A DNA stretch of 64,000 nt from a virus. The translations under genes were made by a program, and so were the position numbers. The notes under the pieces were generated by a model, which did not search any database, had not been told where the DNA came from, and saw only the letters and a program-made list of their open reading frames with translations. The stretch lies in the IMG/VR virus record IMGVR_UViG_3300038312_000193. One strand, 5' to 3'. The first letter of the stretch is position 1. Every line of letters starts with the position of its first letter. Below, in pieces: positions 53,910 to 64,000 of this stretch.

Positions 53910-55496
53910 TTGAGTGAAAAAGAAAGTGGTTTTGATATTGAAGTGAATTCATTAAGAGATATGAATTATTATTTATCTGATACAACTTCTAATCCAAAAT
54001 ATTCTATGGAAAACTTAAAACAATACATTAAATATCCTATGATTTATAACAGGATTTTAAGAGTTATATCAAAACAAGCATATTATTCTAATGGATTATA
54101 CGGAGAATCAATAGATAGAATGGTATCTTTACCTACATTATCTTATATAACTACTTTACGAAATAAAATAGGTAAAATGAAAAATTTCAAAAGTAGATTT
54201 AATTATGTGCTTAAATTATTAAATATTGATAGGTCAACTAGGGATATTCTTAGAAATTTATTTATAGAAGGTATGTCAGTTAGTATTTTACGGGATACAA
54301 CTGCATCAAATAAAAATATTGATACTTCATCTGGTTCAATTGAAACAATAGATAGATTAGAAGGTTTATCACTTAATGATAATTTTATGCTTCAACCATT
54401 AAATAACGATTATTGTAAAATTGTAGGGTTTCAAAATAATGTAAGTATTGCAGCGTTTGATATGCAATACTTTGATCAATTTAAACATGGTGGATTAGTG
54501 CATGAAATTAAGAATTACCCAAAGGAATTTATTAAGGCATATACCGAATATAAAAGAGATGTAAGTAAAAGATGGTTTATTCTTGATTATAAAAAGACTA
54601 TTGCTTTAAAAGCAAAAGCTAGTGAGTTAGATGCTTTTGGAATTCCTTTTGGAATATCGGCTTTTGTTGATATAAAAATGAATGATGAATATGGTAATAG
54701 TCAATATAAATTAATTCAAGAGTTAGCTAGTAGTATATATTATTTAATACTTCCTGAAGGAGAAAAAGCAGGATCGTGTAGTCTTAATAAAACTCAGCAG
54801 GAAAATGTAATTAAAGCATTTGAAAATGCAGTTAAATTAAACACAAATGCTAATAGTAGTGCAAAAATTTCTACACTATCACTAGCACCAGGAACAAAAA
54901 TAGATAGATTATCAAAAGACAGTTCGTTACTTAAAGATACATTAAATGAAGAAAATATGAAAAAAATATCTACAAATTTAGGTTTTGCTATATCTGCTTT
55001 AAATGCAGAAAGTCAAAATGCTAATTTAGGAAGTTTACAGATTAATTTAGATTTAATATCTGCACAAATATTTCAATATGTAAACGAAATAGCAAAAGAA
55101 CAAACTAGGGTGATTAACGAGCATTTAGGTGTTTTACCTAGAGATTATATTGATATTAAATACTTACCTATAACTTGGCTAAATAGAAAAGATGTATATG
55201 AAAAAGCAAAAGATTTATATATGACTACTGGTGGAAGTAGAATGTTTTATATTGCAAGTGCAGGTTTTGATCCTGATGATTATTTAAGTATTTGTGACGA
55301 AGAATTTGAGGCAGGATTAGATGAAAAATATCTCCCTCATATTACTAGTTATACTGCAACAGATAGTGCCGATAAAGTTAATCCTGAAGGAAATTTTGGA
55401 GGAAGACCGTCAAAGGATATCAAAGATTTGAAAGATTCTGGTTTGAAAACTAGAAATTTTAAAAATAATGAACAAAAAGTTAAAAATAAAAAATAA
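53910..55496 (+). CDS. Portal protein
   Basis: Size and position after TerL; FGIPF motif; C-terminal GGRP. Confidence 0.75.
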   Translation: MSEKESGFDIEVNSLRDMNYYLSDTTSNPKYSMENLKQYIKYPMIYNRILRVISKQAYYSNGLYGESIDRMVSLPTLSYITTLRNKIGKMKNFKSRFNYVLKLLNIDRSTRDILRNLFIEGMSVSILRDTTASNKNIDTSSGSIETIDRLEGLSLNDNFMLQPLNNDYCKIVGFQNNVSIAAFDMQYFDQFKHGGLVHEIKNYPKEFIKAYTEYKRDVSKRWFILDYKKTIALKAKASELDAFGIPFGISAFVDIKMNDEYGNSQYKLIQELASSIYYLILPEGEKAGSCSLNKTQQENVIKAFENAVKLNTNANSSAKISTLSLAPGTKIDRLSKDSSLLKDTLNEENMKKISTNLGFAISALNAESQNANLGSLQINLDLISAQIFQYVNEIAKEQTRVINEHLGVLPRDYIDIKYLPITWLNRKDVYEKAKDLYMTTGGSRMFYIASAGFDPDDYLSICDEEFEAGLDEKYLPHITSYTATDSADKVNPEGNFGGRPSKDIKDLKDSGLKTRNFKNNEQKVKNKK

Positions 55497-55529
55497 TAAT
55501 ATGATCAATTAAGGGGGTGAGTGTATTTT

Positions 55530-57050
55530 GTGAGTAAGTTTATATTAAATAATCAGTACATAGAAATATGCGAAATGCCTGAAGAAGAATTGGCAGGACG
55601 CAGTAAAATCAAAATGTCAGCCCTAGAAATAGTGCCAGATAATTCTTCTTATAATGATAATGGTATAACATGGTTAAGAGAATATATAGATGCAAATATT
55701 AAATCCGCAATTGGAATGCCCTATGTTGTTTCGTGGTTAGATGAAGAAAATCAAATTCCTTCAGATCATGGAATAATGAATTTCGATGATGAAGGTAATG
55801 TTGTTTTTGATGGTGTAACCGTTGGAACTGTGCTAGATGCTTATATTGAAGATATTGAAATTGATGGTGAAACTAAAACTTTATTAATGACAGAGGGATT
55901 TATATATCGTCAAAGATATCCTAAATTTGTTGATTGGTTAAAAACTGAAATTGAAAATGGTAAAATTTATGGTTCTATTGAAATCAATGGTAAAGGTGAA
56001 TCTAAGATAATTGAATATTTAGATGGTTCTACTAATTCAGATGGTACAAAAAAAATGGGTCGTATACCTACAGAGTTTGATTTTTCAGGATTAGCCATAT
56101 TATATCTCACTGATCCTGCTGATAAAAATTCTATTGTTTTTGAAGTTAATTCAAAAGAAGGTGAAAATAAAAATATGGATATAGTAAATAAAGGTGTAAC
56201 TATTGAAATGAATAAACTTAATTATTATGATATTTGCACGTTAATTACACGTGCTTTTAATAAAGCAATGGGTTGTGATGATTGCTACTGTTGTGATTAT
56301 GATATTTATAGGTTTTATCCAATTGAATCACAAGTTATTTTTAACAAATGGCGTGAAGTAGGTATTTATTATTCAACTACATATAAGATTGAGAATTCAG
56401 CAGTTACAATTGGGGAAATAATTAAAGTACAAGAAGATTGGACTCCAACTGCCGATTCTCAACCTGTAGAAATAAATATAAATCAGATTAAAAAAATAAT
56501 TGCTGAACAAAATCAAAAAGGAGGAACAGAAGTAATGAATGTTGAGGAATTAAATGCTAAAATCGCTGAATTAAGTTCACAATTAACTGAACTGAATAAT
56601 AAGGTAACTGAACTTAATTCTGTGAATGTTGAAAAGGATAATAAAATAGCAGAACTTAATGAAGCACTTGTAACCGCTAACAAGTCACTTGAAGAAGTTA
56701 ATGCTAAATATTCTACACTTGAAGTAGAAACTAATGAATATAAGGAAAATTTAAATAAAATTGAAACTGAAAAGAAAAAAGCAGAAGTAAATTCTTATTT
56801 TGAGGTTGAAATTCCTAAAAATAAATTTGATGAAGTAGAAGTTAATTCTCTAAAAGAGTATGTTGAAAAATGTGATCTTGAAGGATTAAAGAAAGCTGAA
56901 GCGGATTTAATTGTTAAAAGGTTTAAAGAAGGAAAATTAACTGGTATTGAAACTAATTCAACAAAAGAAGAAAATAATATTTTCTTCCATACTAAAGAAG
57001 AAAAGATGGATGAAAACTTAGTAGATGCTGGCAAAGCATTATTTGTTTAA
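55530..57050 (+). CDS. Prohead protease/scaffold protein
   Basis: YNDNGITW, DHG and GSIEI, followed by a long coiled coil. Confidence 0.7.
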   Translation: MSKFILNNQYIEICEMPEEELAGRSKIKMSALEIVPDNSSYNDNGITWLREYIDANIKSAIGMPYVVSWLDEENQIPSDHGIMNFDDEGNVVFDGVTVGTVLDAYIEDIEIDGETKTLLMTEGFIYRQRYPKFVDWLKTEIENGKIYGSIEINGKGESKIIEYLDGSTNSDGTKKMGRIPTEFDFSGLAILYLTDPADKNSIVFEVNSKEGENKNMDIVNKGVTIEMNKLNYYDICTLITRAFNKAMGCDDCYCCDYDIYRFYPIESQVIFNKWREVGIYYSTTYKIENSAVTIGEIIKVQEDWTPTADSQPVEININQIKKIIAEQNQKGGTEVMNVEELNAKIAELSSQLTELNNKVTELNSVNVEKDNKIAELNEALVTANKSLEEVNAKYSTLEVETNEYKENLNKIETEKKKAEVNSYFEVEIPKNKFDEVEVNSLKEYVEKCDLEGLKKAEADLIVKRFKEGKLTGIETNSTKEENNIFFHTKEEKMDENLVDAGKALFV

Positions 57051-57072
57051 TTAATAAAGGAGGATAATAAAT

Positions 57073-57918
57073 ATGAGTCTTTTTAAATTTCAAAATTATA
57101 GTGCAATAAAAAATGTTAAAGATAATCCTAGAGTAAAGGCAACTCAGATTACCAAGAATGGTTATGCTTTTGGTATTGCCGCTTATACTTCTGGTGGAAC
57201 AAAATCTAAGGTAGAAATTACTGTTGCTGGTACTACTCCTGCGGATGGTAATATCATATTTGATATTGGTGGGCAAAGAGTATATACAAATATAGCAGGA
57301 TCAACTCAAACTACTGCTGCCTTGGTAGCTGCTGAAATTAAAGCCTCTTTAGATGCAGTGTTACTTGGTTTATCATATACAGTTGCTATTTCATCTGCAA
57401 AGATTACTGTAACTGCACCTGCAAACGGAGTTAGTATTATTCCTGTAACTGTTGATGGTGTAAATATGGGATTAAGTGCATGTACTCTTTCGATGACATA
57501 TACTGCTGGCACTGATGCCGTATCTTATGACGAAGCTGCCGTTCCTTTTGCTGATGATGCCGCAACTAAAGCAGGGCAGGTTTATGTTGCTATGAATATA
57601 ATTGATAAACCTGAAACTATTAATACTTCTGATTATCAAGTTGAAATTGGAGAATATGTTAGATCAATCAATCTTAACAATATGATAGATGAATATGTTG
57701 AAATATCTAGTGATTTATGCACAACTGCTTTTACTAGTGTAAACGTTGGAGATATTTTAGTTCCTATTCCTTCTGGTACTAATAATATGAAATGGGAAGT
57801 AACTAGTGCCACTGGTTATAATGTAGTATTAGTGGTTAAAAAGAAAACTCCTTTTGGAGCATTTACTATTGATGGTTCTTCTGATGGTGGGTATCTCTGT
57901 CAGATTTCGTCAAATTAA
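57073..57918 (+). CDS. Head decoration-like protein with an inserted beta-rich domain
   Basis: Between scaffold and capsid genes; A/T/G/V-rich middle. Confidence 0.55.
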   Translation: MSLFKFQNYSAIKNVKDNPRVKATQITKNGYAFGIAAYTSGGTKSKVEITVAGTTPADGNIIFDIGGQRVYTNIAGSTQTTAALVAAEIKASLDAVLLGLSYTVAISSAKITVTAPANGVSIIPVTVDGVNMGLSACTLSMTYTAGTDAVSYDEAAVPFADDAATKAGQVYVAMNIIDKPETINTSDYQVEIGEYVRSINLNNMIDEYVEISSDLCTTAFTSVNVGDILVPIPSGTNNMKWEVTSATGYNVVLVVKKKTPFGAFTIDGSSDGGYLCQISSN

Positions 57919-57944
57919 TAAAATAAATGTAGGAGGTAAACAAT

Positions 57945-59315
57945 ATGTTTGACATAAAGAGTATTAAAGTTGAAGCACAAAATGTAGAAGTTAATTCTGC
58001 AATGAAGAAAACTCAACCTAAAAACGAAGGAGTAGAAATATTCTCTGCTATTTGTACTGGTAAAGATTTAAGTAGATATGGTAAAAAAGTTGATTCAGTT
58101 ATGGCATATATGACAAATTTAGGACAAAAAGCAGTTGATGGAGATATCCAGGCAAAAGCCGAAATAAATGCAATTAGAACTCTAATGATTGAAGCACCTT
58201 TGGTAAAAAGATTAAATATTTTTGATTTTATGGGTGAAAAAATTAGTGTTGGTTTCGATGAAGAAGTAAGATTTAAGGTTTATCAACTTCAGGGAACTAA
58301 ATCTAGTACTCAGGCTAATAGTGGTAGTTTCCCGTTTGCAACTTATAATTGGAGAACCCAAGTAATGGATGAATTTAAGACTATTACTGGTGGTATTTTA
58401 GTTGATTATAGAGAAGTTGCATCTGGTAATACTGATGCTATTAATGTAGCAAACGAGCAAGTTATTACTGATATGTTAAATCAGATGTTTTATCAGGTAT
58501 TGGTTGCTTATTACAATGGTATTAAAGGTGCTACTAGTTTGAAAAATTTTGTTGAAGCATCAGGTATAACTAAATCTGCTCTTGACGCAGTAATTAAGAA
58601 AGCACGTAGATTTGGTAATTTAACTATTACTGGTGATTATTCTGTAGTTTCTCAACTTGAAGATTTTGTTGGATTTACTACTACTACTAATACAGTACAG
58701 TTCTCTGAAGCAGTTATGGAAGAAATACGCAAAACTGGTATGCTGAAATTCTATAGAGGTTTAGGAGTTGTTGAAATTCCTAATACTTATAATTTGACTG
58801 AACTTAATAGTGGTGCAGATTTCTTTGAAACTTATCTGCCTGAAGGTTTACTTTTAGTATTGCCTACTGGTGCAATTAGTCCTTTGAAGATTGGTGTAAA
58901 GGGTGGTTTAACTTCATTGTCTGCTACTGATATTAATCTTAAATCAGAAGTCACACGTTTCGATATGGAATTCGGTAGATTTTGTGCCGCTTAATACAGT
59001 AATGTATTAATGATAATCCCTGAAAAAATCTGGAACCCTAAGTCGTAATTTGATATGGGAATCAGAGGTGAAGGTTAATTTTCAAAGATTAACCAGCCGC
59101 AACGCATACGGATTGAAACTACAATGTAGAATATAATATCCGCAAGAGGCAGGGACATCCCATGTGGATGAAAAGATATGCTGAACTTATAGGAAACTAT
59201 AAGAACTAGAGGATAAAAAACCTTTAGGATAACAAAATTGACAGAATTAATAAAAGAGTATATACCTATGGTTGGGTTAATATCTGATTCAGATTATGCC
59301 GTAGATAAAAGATAA
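57945..59315 (+). CDS. Major capsid protein, spliced: join(57945..58976,59241..59315), 368 aa
   Basis: Exon 1 ends ...RFDMEFG; exon 2 is TELIKEYIPMVGLISDSDYAVDKR*, in phase 0. Confidence 0.85.
58977..59240 (+). ncRNA. Group I intron (264 nt, no ORF)
   Basis: U at the 5' splice site. P1 CGGU/GCCG, P10 UUUUGU/ACAGAA, P3 UCCCUG/CAGGGA, P4 UCUG/CAGA, P7 GCAUA/UAUGC after AAGA; terminal G. Confidence 0.9.
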
Positions 59316-59425
59316 TTTAATAATGTAATTATTTTTAGAGGGATAGGGTAGCTCCCGAAAGTGTAATCTCCAATACATTTCCCTCTTTAATTATTAATTG
59401 GAGTTTATTATATGGAGGTAATAAA

Positions 59426-60529
59426 ATGTCTAAAAAACTTACGTATGAATATGTAAAAAATTATATTGAGCAATTTGGATATAAATTAATTAGTATAGAG
59501 TATTTAAATGCTCATCAACTTTTAGAAATTGAATGTGATAAAGAGCATAGATATTTCGCAAAATTTAATAATTTTAAATCAGGTAAAAGATGTCCAGAAT
59601 GTGCAAAACTTAATAGAGGTAATAATAGAAGATTGTCATTTGAATTTATTAAAAGTGATATAGAATCAAATGGAATTTTAAAATTATTATCGGATAATTA
59701 TAAAAATAATACTACTTTATTAACTATTAGATGTTTACATGGACATGAATTTAATATTAGATATTGTGATTTAAAAAGAAACCATATACAATGTCCTATA
59801 TGTAGGAAAGAACAAATTGCTAAAGATTATGCGTTTACTTATGAAGAAGTTAAAACGTATATTGAAAGTCAAGGTTATGTATTATTATCTACAGAATATA
59901 AAAACAATACTATCCCATTGTTAGTAAAATGCCCTAATGGTCATATTTACTATGTCAAATACAGTAATTTTAGAGATGGTAAAAGGTGTAGGATTTGTTC
60001 TATGAAAGAAGCAGGATATAAAAAAAGACTTACTTTTGAACAAGTTAAAAAATATATTGAATCTTTTGAAGGATATAAATTATTATCTACTGAGTATAAA
60101 ATTGCCAGTAGTAAATTATTAATTAAATGTCCAGAAAATCATATATTTGAATGTTCTTTTAATAAATTTAGAGATGGTCAAAGATGTCCAATTTGTAAGG
60201 AATCTAAAGGTGAACAAAGAGTAAGAGAATATCTTGCCAATAACAATATACCATTTAAAAGACAGTATATATTTGAGGATTGTAGAAATATTGAACCATT
60301 AAGATTTGATTTTGCGGTGTTTGATTCTGAAAAGAATTTAGTCAAATTAATTGAATATGATGGTGAGTTTCATTATTTACCAATAGAAAGCAAGAGTAAA
60401 TTAAGGTATCAACAAAAATTAGATTCAATCAAAAATAATTATTGTCAAAATAATAATATAATATTATTGCGTATCCCCTATTGGGATTTTGATAATATTG
60501 AAAATATCTTATTAAAAGAAGTTAGTTAA
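59426..60529 (+). CDS. Free-standing Zn-ribbon-repeat plus PD-(D/E)XK/Vsr-like endonuclease
   Basis: Four TYE.VK.YIE...C..GH...G.RC..C repeats; SKGE, RFDF, IEYDGEFH and LRIPYW. Confidence 0.85.
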   Translation: MSKKLTYEYVKNYIEQFGYKLISIEYLNAHQLLEIECDKEHRYFAKFNNFKSGKRCPECAKLNRGNNRRLSFEFIKSDIESNGILKLLSDNYKNNTTLLTIRCLHGHEFNIRYCDLKRNHIQCPICRKEQIAKDYAFTYEEVKTYIESQGYVLLSTEYKNNTIPLLVKCPNGHIYYVKYSNFRDGKRCRICSMKEAGYKKRLTFEQVKKYIESFEGYKLLSTEYKIASSKLLIKCPENHIFECSFNKFRDGQRCPICKESKGEQRVREYLANNNIPFKRQYIFEDCRNIEPLRFDFAVFDSEKNLVKLIEYDGEFHYLPIESKSKLRYQQKLDSIKNNYCQNNNIILLRIPYWDFDNIENILLKEVS

Positions 60530-60566
60530 CAAATTAAATTTTTATGATTAAAAGGAGACTTATTTT

Positions 60567-61725
60567 ATGAGTATTAATATGGATACACGTTCATCAATTA
60601 AAAATTTATGTCCTTGGGCAGTAAGTTTTAGATTGCCTAATTCAAATGGTGATGTTTATTTAGAAGCAAATAAAAAAACAACTATTAATAATGGAGAATT
60701 AGTTACTTTAATAGAAAATAATAATGTTCTTTTTGTTGGAACTGGAAATGGTAATCATGCTCGTATTTATGTTGATAACCCTGAAGTACGAGTATATGTT
60801 GGTTTTGAGTCAGAAGATGGTAAAGAAAAACAATTTGTTTTAACCGATGAAGAATGCCAAAAATTATTTGATTACAAAACATTTGGTACTTTTAAAAAAC
60901 ATATAGAAGAAAATGTTGTTGCCAATCATGAGAAACATAAAATAATGGAATATGCAAGAAAAATTAAACTAAATGACTATGATAAGATCAGTTTTTTAGA
61001 AAGTCATTGTGGTATCCCATTTAAGGAATAAGGAGGTTATCACTTATGGGTACACCTCTTCAAACTTTATATACAAGATTTCAAACAAAAGTAGACGAGG
61101 ATTTAACTGGAAAAGAATCTTTAATTTTTGCTTTAGTGGATGTTGCTATAAGTAAATCCGATAAAACATGTATTCATGGTTTAACTTACGTTTTAACTGA
61201 TCCAGAAGCAAATCCATTAACTTATGATGGTAATTTTGATGAAAGTTTAAATAATGATGAAATAGAATTGCTTTCTTTGTGGATGAAATATGAATGGAAA
61301 AATAGAAAAGTATCTAAACTTGAGGCACAAGAAAGAGATATTGGCACTAGTGATTTCAATAGATTAGAAAATAAAGCAACTTTACTAAAAGAATTACGTT
61401 CAGGAGTAAAAGAAGTTTTAGACGAAATAAATTCTTTAAAAAATGATATGAATACTTATCAATATAATTAAGGGGTGATATTTTGAAAGAAAGCATACTT
61501 ATACAAGTGCCTGTATCTGGTGAAATGACATTATCGGATGTATGTGATAAAGAATGCCGTAAATTGCGCTCCTTATTATATTTACTTGAAAAAGAATTTA
61601 ATACAAAAATGATTGAACATTCTGAGATTAGAAAATTTATATTAGATTCATCTAATTTTATTCAACGTATTCCAGATATGGTTTCTGAGATTGTAAAGGT
61701 TGATGTAAATGGAAATAAAAAATGA
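60567..61725 (+). CDS. three head-completion-region genes (60567-61031, 61046-61471 adaptor-like, 61483-61725)
   Basis: Position after the capsid gene; SDs present. Confidence 0.55.
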
Positions 61726-62893
61726 ATGGATGACTGATTATAGTTATTTTGGAACAGATTATCCAAATAACAAATTATTAGATGATGCTAAATATAGATT
61801 TGAATTACAAAAACAATCTTTAGAAGGTAAAGATGCTTTAATTGATGGAGTTTCTGAACGTATAGTTGCTCAAAATCATACTAATCCTTTAAATCAAGAA
61901 AAGTATGATAAGAAATTATGTTTTGATATAAGTAGTAATGTGCATACAGGTTCAATTATTGAATTTGATAGTAAAACTTATTTAGTTACAAGTCAAATAT
62001 TTAGTAAACAGGCATATAAAATTGGTAGTGTATTGGAATGTGTAAATACGTTGAATGTTTACAAAAACAACACCTCTTACCAAATACCTTGTGTCGTAGA
62101 ATCTGGAGTAAGAACTTCACAACTAGGCACAGACAAAAACACCTATATTGAAATACCATCAGGTACTATTACTATGAGATTGCCTAATACTGAAATTACT
62201 AGGTTGATTGCTAGGGATGAGGTTTATCAGATAGGATTGCAATCATGGCAGGTCAAAGACATTAACGATATTATTGAACCTGGATTATTGGTTTTTAAAT
62301 TAGAATACAGCCAAGTGGCACAAGAAACTCATGTTTATGGGATTACTATACTAAATGGATTGTCAATAAGTATTCAGGAAGGTAGTAATCTTCAGTTAAA
62401 TGTACAGGCCACAGATAATTCAGAAATTGTATCTTCCCCTACACTATCTTATGCTAGTAGTAATGAATTGATTTGCACTGTTGATTCTAGTGGATTGGTG
62501 AGTGCTATTGATGGTGGTAGTTGTGTGGTTAGTGTTAGTTTTAATGGGGTGAGTGCAAGTATAGCAATTAATGTGATTGAAGCAGTTCAACATAATATTA
62601 CAGCAGAAATTAATAGTGGAAGTTCTACAATTGTATTAAATAAAACATCTAATTATACTTGTGTATTTAAAGATAACGGTGTTGTAGTGCCAGGTACTTC
62701 CGTATTTTATTTAACTGCTGACGATGGTACAAGTAATACTACTTTAGCAACAATATCGGTACAAGATAGTGCGTTGAATACTTGTACAATAACTGCTGGA
62801 AATACTCTTGGATATGTGAAACTTTGGGTAAGAAATGAAAGTGGAAGTATTGTATCTCAACCGTTTAGAATACAGATTAAGAATTTGTTTTAA
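61709..62893 (+). CDS. Head-closure-like virion protein with C-terminal Ig-like (Big_2) domain
   Basis: YASSNELICTVDSSGLVSAIDGG motif. Confidence 0.65.
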   Translation: MEIKNEWMTDYSYFGTDYPNNKLLDDAKYRFELQKQSLEGKDALIDGVSERIVAQNHTNPLNQEKYDKKLCFDISSNVHTGSIIEFDSKTYLVTSQIFSKQAYKIGSVLECVNTLNVYKNNTSYQIPCVVESGVRTSQLGTDKNTYIEIPSGTITMRLPNTEITRLIARDEVYQIGLQSWQVKDINDIIEPGLLVFKLEYSQVAQETHVYGITILNGLSISIQEGSNLQLNVQATDNSEIVSSPTLSYASSNELICTVDSSGLVSAIDGGSCVVSVSFNGVSASIAINVIEAVQHNITAEINSGSSTIVLNKTSNYTCVFKDNGVVVPGTSVFYLTADDGTSNTTLATISVQDSALNTCTITAGNTLGYVKLWVRNESGSIVSQPFRIQIKNLF

Positions 62894-62907
62894 AGGATGT
62901 GTTTTGA

Positions 62908-63408
62908 TTGGAGAAATCATTTAAATTTAAAAATATAGAGAGTAACTTAACTAAACTATTTATGTTGATTTATGAAAATCAAAACATCAATAAATATATA
63001 TACTATTTAAATGATGATCCCCTCTCCTCTCCTGCTGTACCTGTTGACCTTTATGAAAACGGCAATTTTATCTTAGGTTTTTATGATGGAAGTATACCTA
63101 CAGAAGAAAAAATAAGATTCTTCCTTAATGTATCATCTGGCAATCTTGCTAAAAATCCAATGGATAAAATTGTATATCCTGTCCAAGTTATAATTCCAAG
63201 TAGATGGGAAATTCTTCATGGTCGTGGTGAGATAAGAGCAATTAGAATTTTCGATGAAATTTCACAAATGATAGATCAACAAAAAGTAGCAGGAATGACA
63301 GGAGCAGAAGTAATTAACTATAGGGCAGGTAGAATGTCTGGTACAGAATATTCTATATTTTCTGTTGAAATAGTTATTAAATCTGCAACAACAAAAGGGT
63401 TGAGATAA
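62908..63408 (+). CDS. Tail-completion-like protein
   Basis: Position and size; R...I.DEI..MI pattern. Confidence 0.5.
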   Translation: MEKSFKFKNIESNLTKLFMLIYENQNINKYIYYLNDDPLSSPAVPVDLYENGNFILGFYDGSIPTEEKIRFFLNVSSGNLAKNPMDKIVYPVQVIIPSRWEILHGRGEIRAIRIFDEISQMIDQQKVAGMTGAEVINYRAGRMSGTEYSIFSVEIVIKSATTKGLR

Positions 63409-64000
63409 TGGATAATACTAAATATATTTTTGCTCAACCTGATTATATAGAAGGAATTGGGAACATATATCCTATTAAATTAAAGGATTATGATAAATTT
63501 CAAGAATGTTCAAAGTTATTATATATATCTAAAGGTAATTTTATTGAATGTGATGATGTTCCTTTATTGGCCTTAATATTTATTTATTTTGAACAATTAG
63601 GTTTAACTGAAGAAGAATTAGTTACTTCTTTAGAAAACTTGTTTTCATTAGTTTTAAAAGAAACAGTTAAATTAAAAACTGATGAGAAAACAATTTGGTT
63701 TGAGATAAATAATAATGATAATATAATTAATTTTAATAATTATGATGTTTTGCGGTCAGTAATTATGAAACAAAATTTAATGCATGAACCTAAGATTTAT
63801 AAAACAAAACTTATGAATCAATGGGCAGAAAAAGCATTAAAAGCAAAACAAAAAAATGCTCCTAATATTACCTTAGAAGATATTGTTTCAACCGTATCTG
63901 TTGGGTGTCATAAGCATTATTGGGATTTAGAAAATTATACAATTTATCAACTTTATTCTGATTTTTATAGATTAAGAAAAACAATTGAATATGATACAAG
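63408..64000 (+). CDS. Morphogenesis-region protein (3' end outside window)
   Basis: ATG overlaps the previous stop (TAATG); MDNTKYIFAQPDYIEGIGNIYPIKLKDY... is open to the edge. Confidence 0.7.
   Translation, partial: MDNTKYIFAQPDYIEGIGNIYPIKLKDYDKFQECSKLLYISKGNFIECDDVPLLALIFIYFEQLGLTEEELVTSLENLFSLVLKETVKLKTDEKTIWFEINNNDNIINFNNYDVLRSVIMKQNLMHEPKIYKTKLMNQWAEKALKAKQKNAPNITLEDIVSTVSVGCHKHYWDLENYTIYQLYSDFYRLRKTIEYDT

Overview
AT-rich (roughly 25-30% GC by eye) segment of a large SPbeta-like Firmicutes phage or prophage, probably clostridial. The left arm (1-30.8 kb, minus strand) holds a YopR/MrpR-like repressor, a DGQHR protein, a frameshifted TnpB with its omega-RNA plus a second orphan omega-RNA, an SLT muramidase, an ART-like protein, two C5 methyltransferases that start at AUA, HNH, DUF262, SprT-like and J-domain proteins, and about 50 small early genes behind consensus sigma-A promoters. 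A strand switch at about 28.3-33 kb contains mirror-skewed non-coding DNA, a tyrosine recombinase and two divergent paralogous genes. The right arm (plus strand) holds an SF1 helicase, a YonO-like single-subunit RNA polymerase, PIN-PhoH, HU, a phosphoesterase, three free-standing Zn-ribbon nucleases, terminase, portal, scaffold/protease, a major capsid gene split by a 264-nt group I intron, and head-tail genes. The most striking unexplained signals are: (i) a polar heptamer CTGTTAT/ATAACAG with about 30 copies in 4.6 kb, also written into codons; (ii) an 18-bp palindromic-arm site at about 20 positions, mostly gene junctions, giving an integron-like cassette organisation; (iii) a family of 2x3 internal-loop hairpins between early genes; (iv) a shared structured leader RNA in front of all three late-region nucleases. 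All counts come from a manual scan, and all family assignments come from motif recognition, not database searches.
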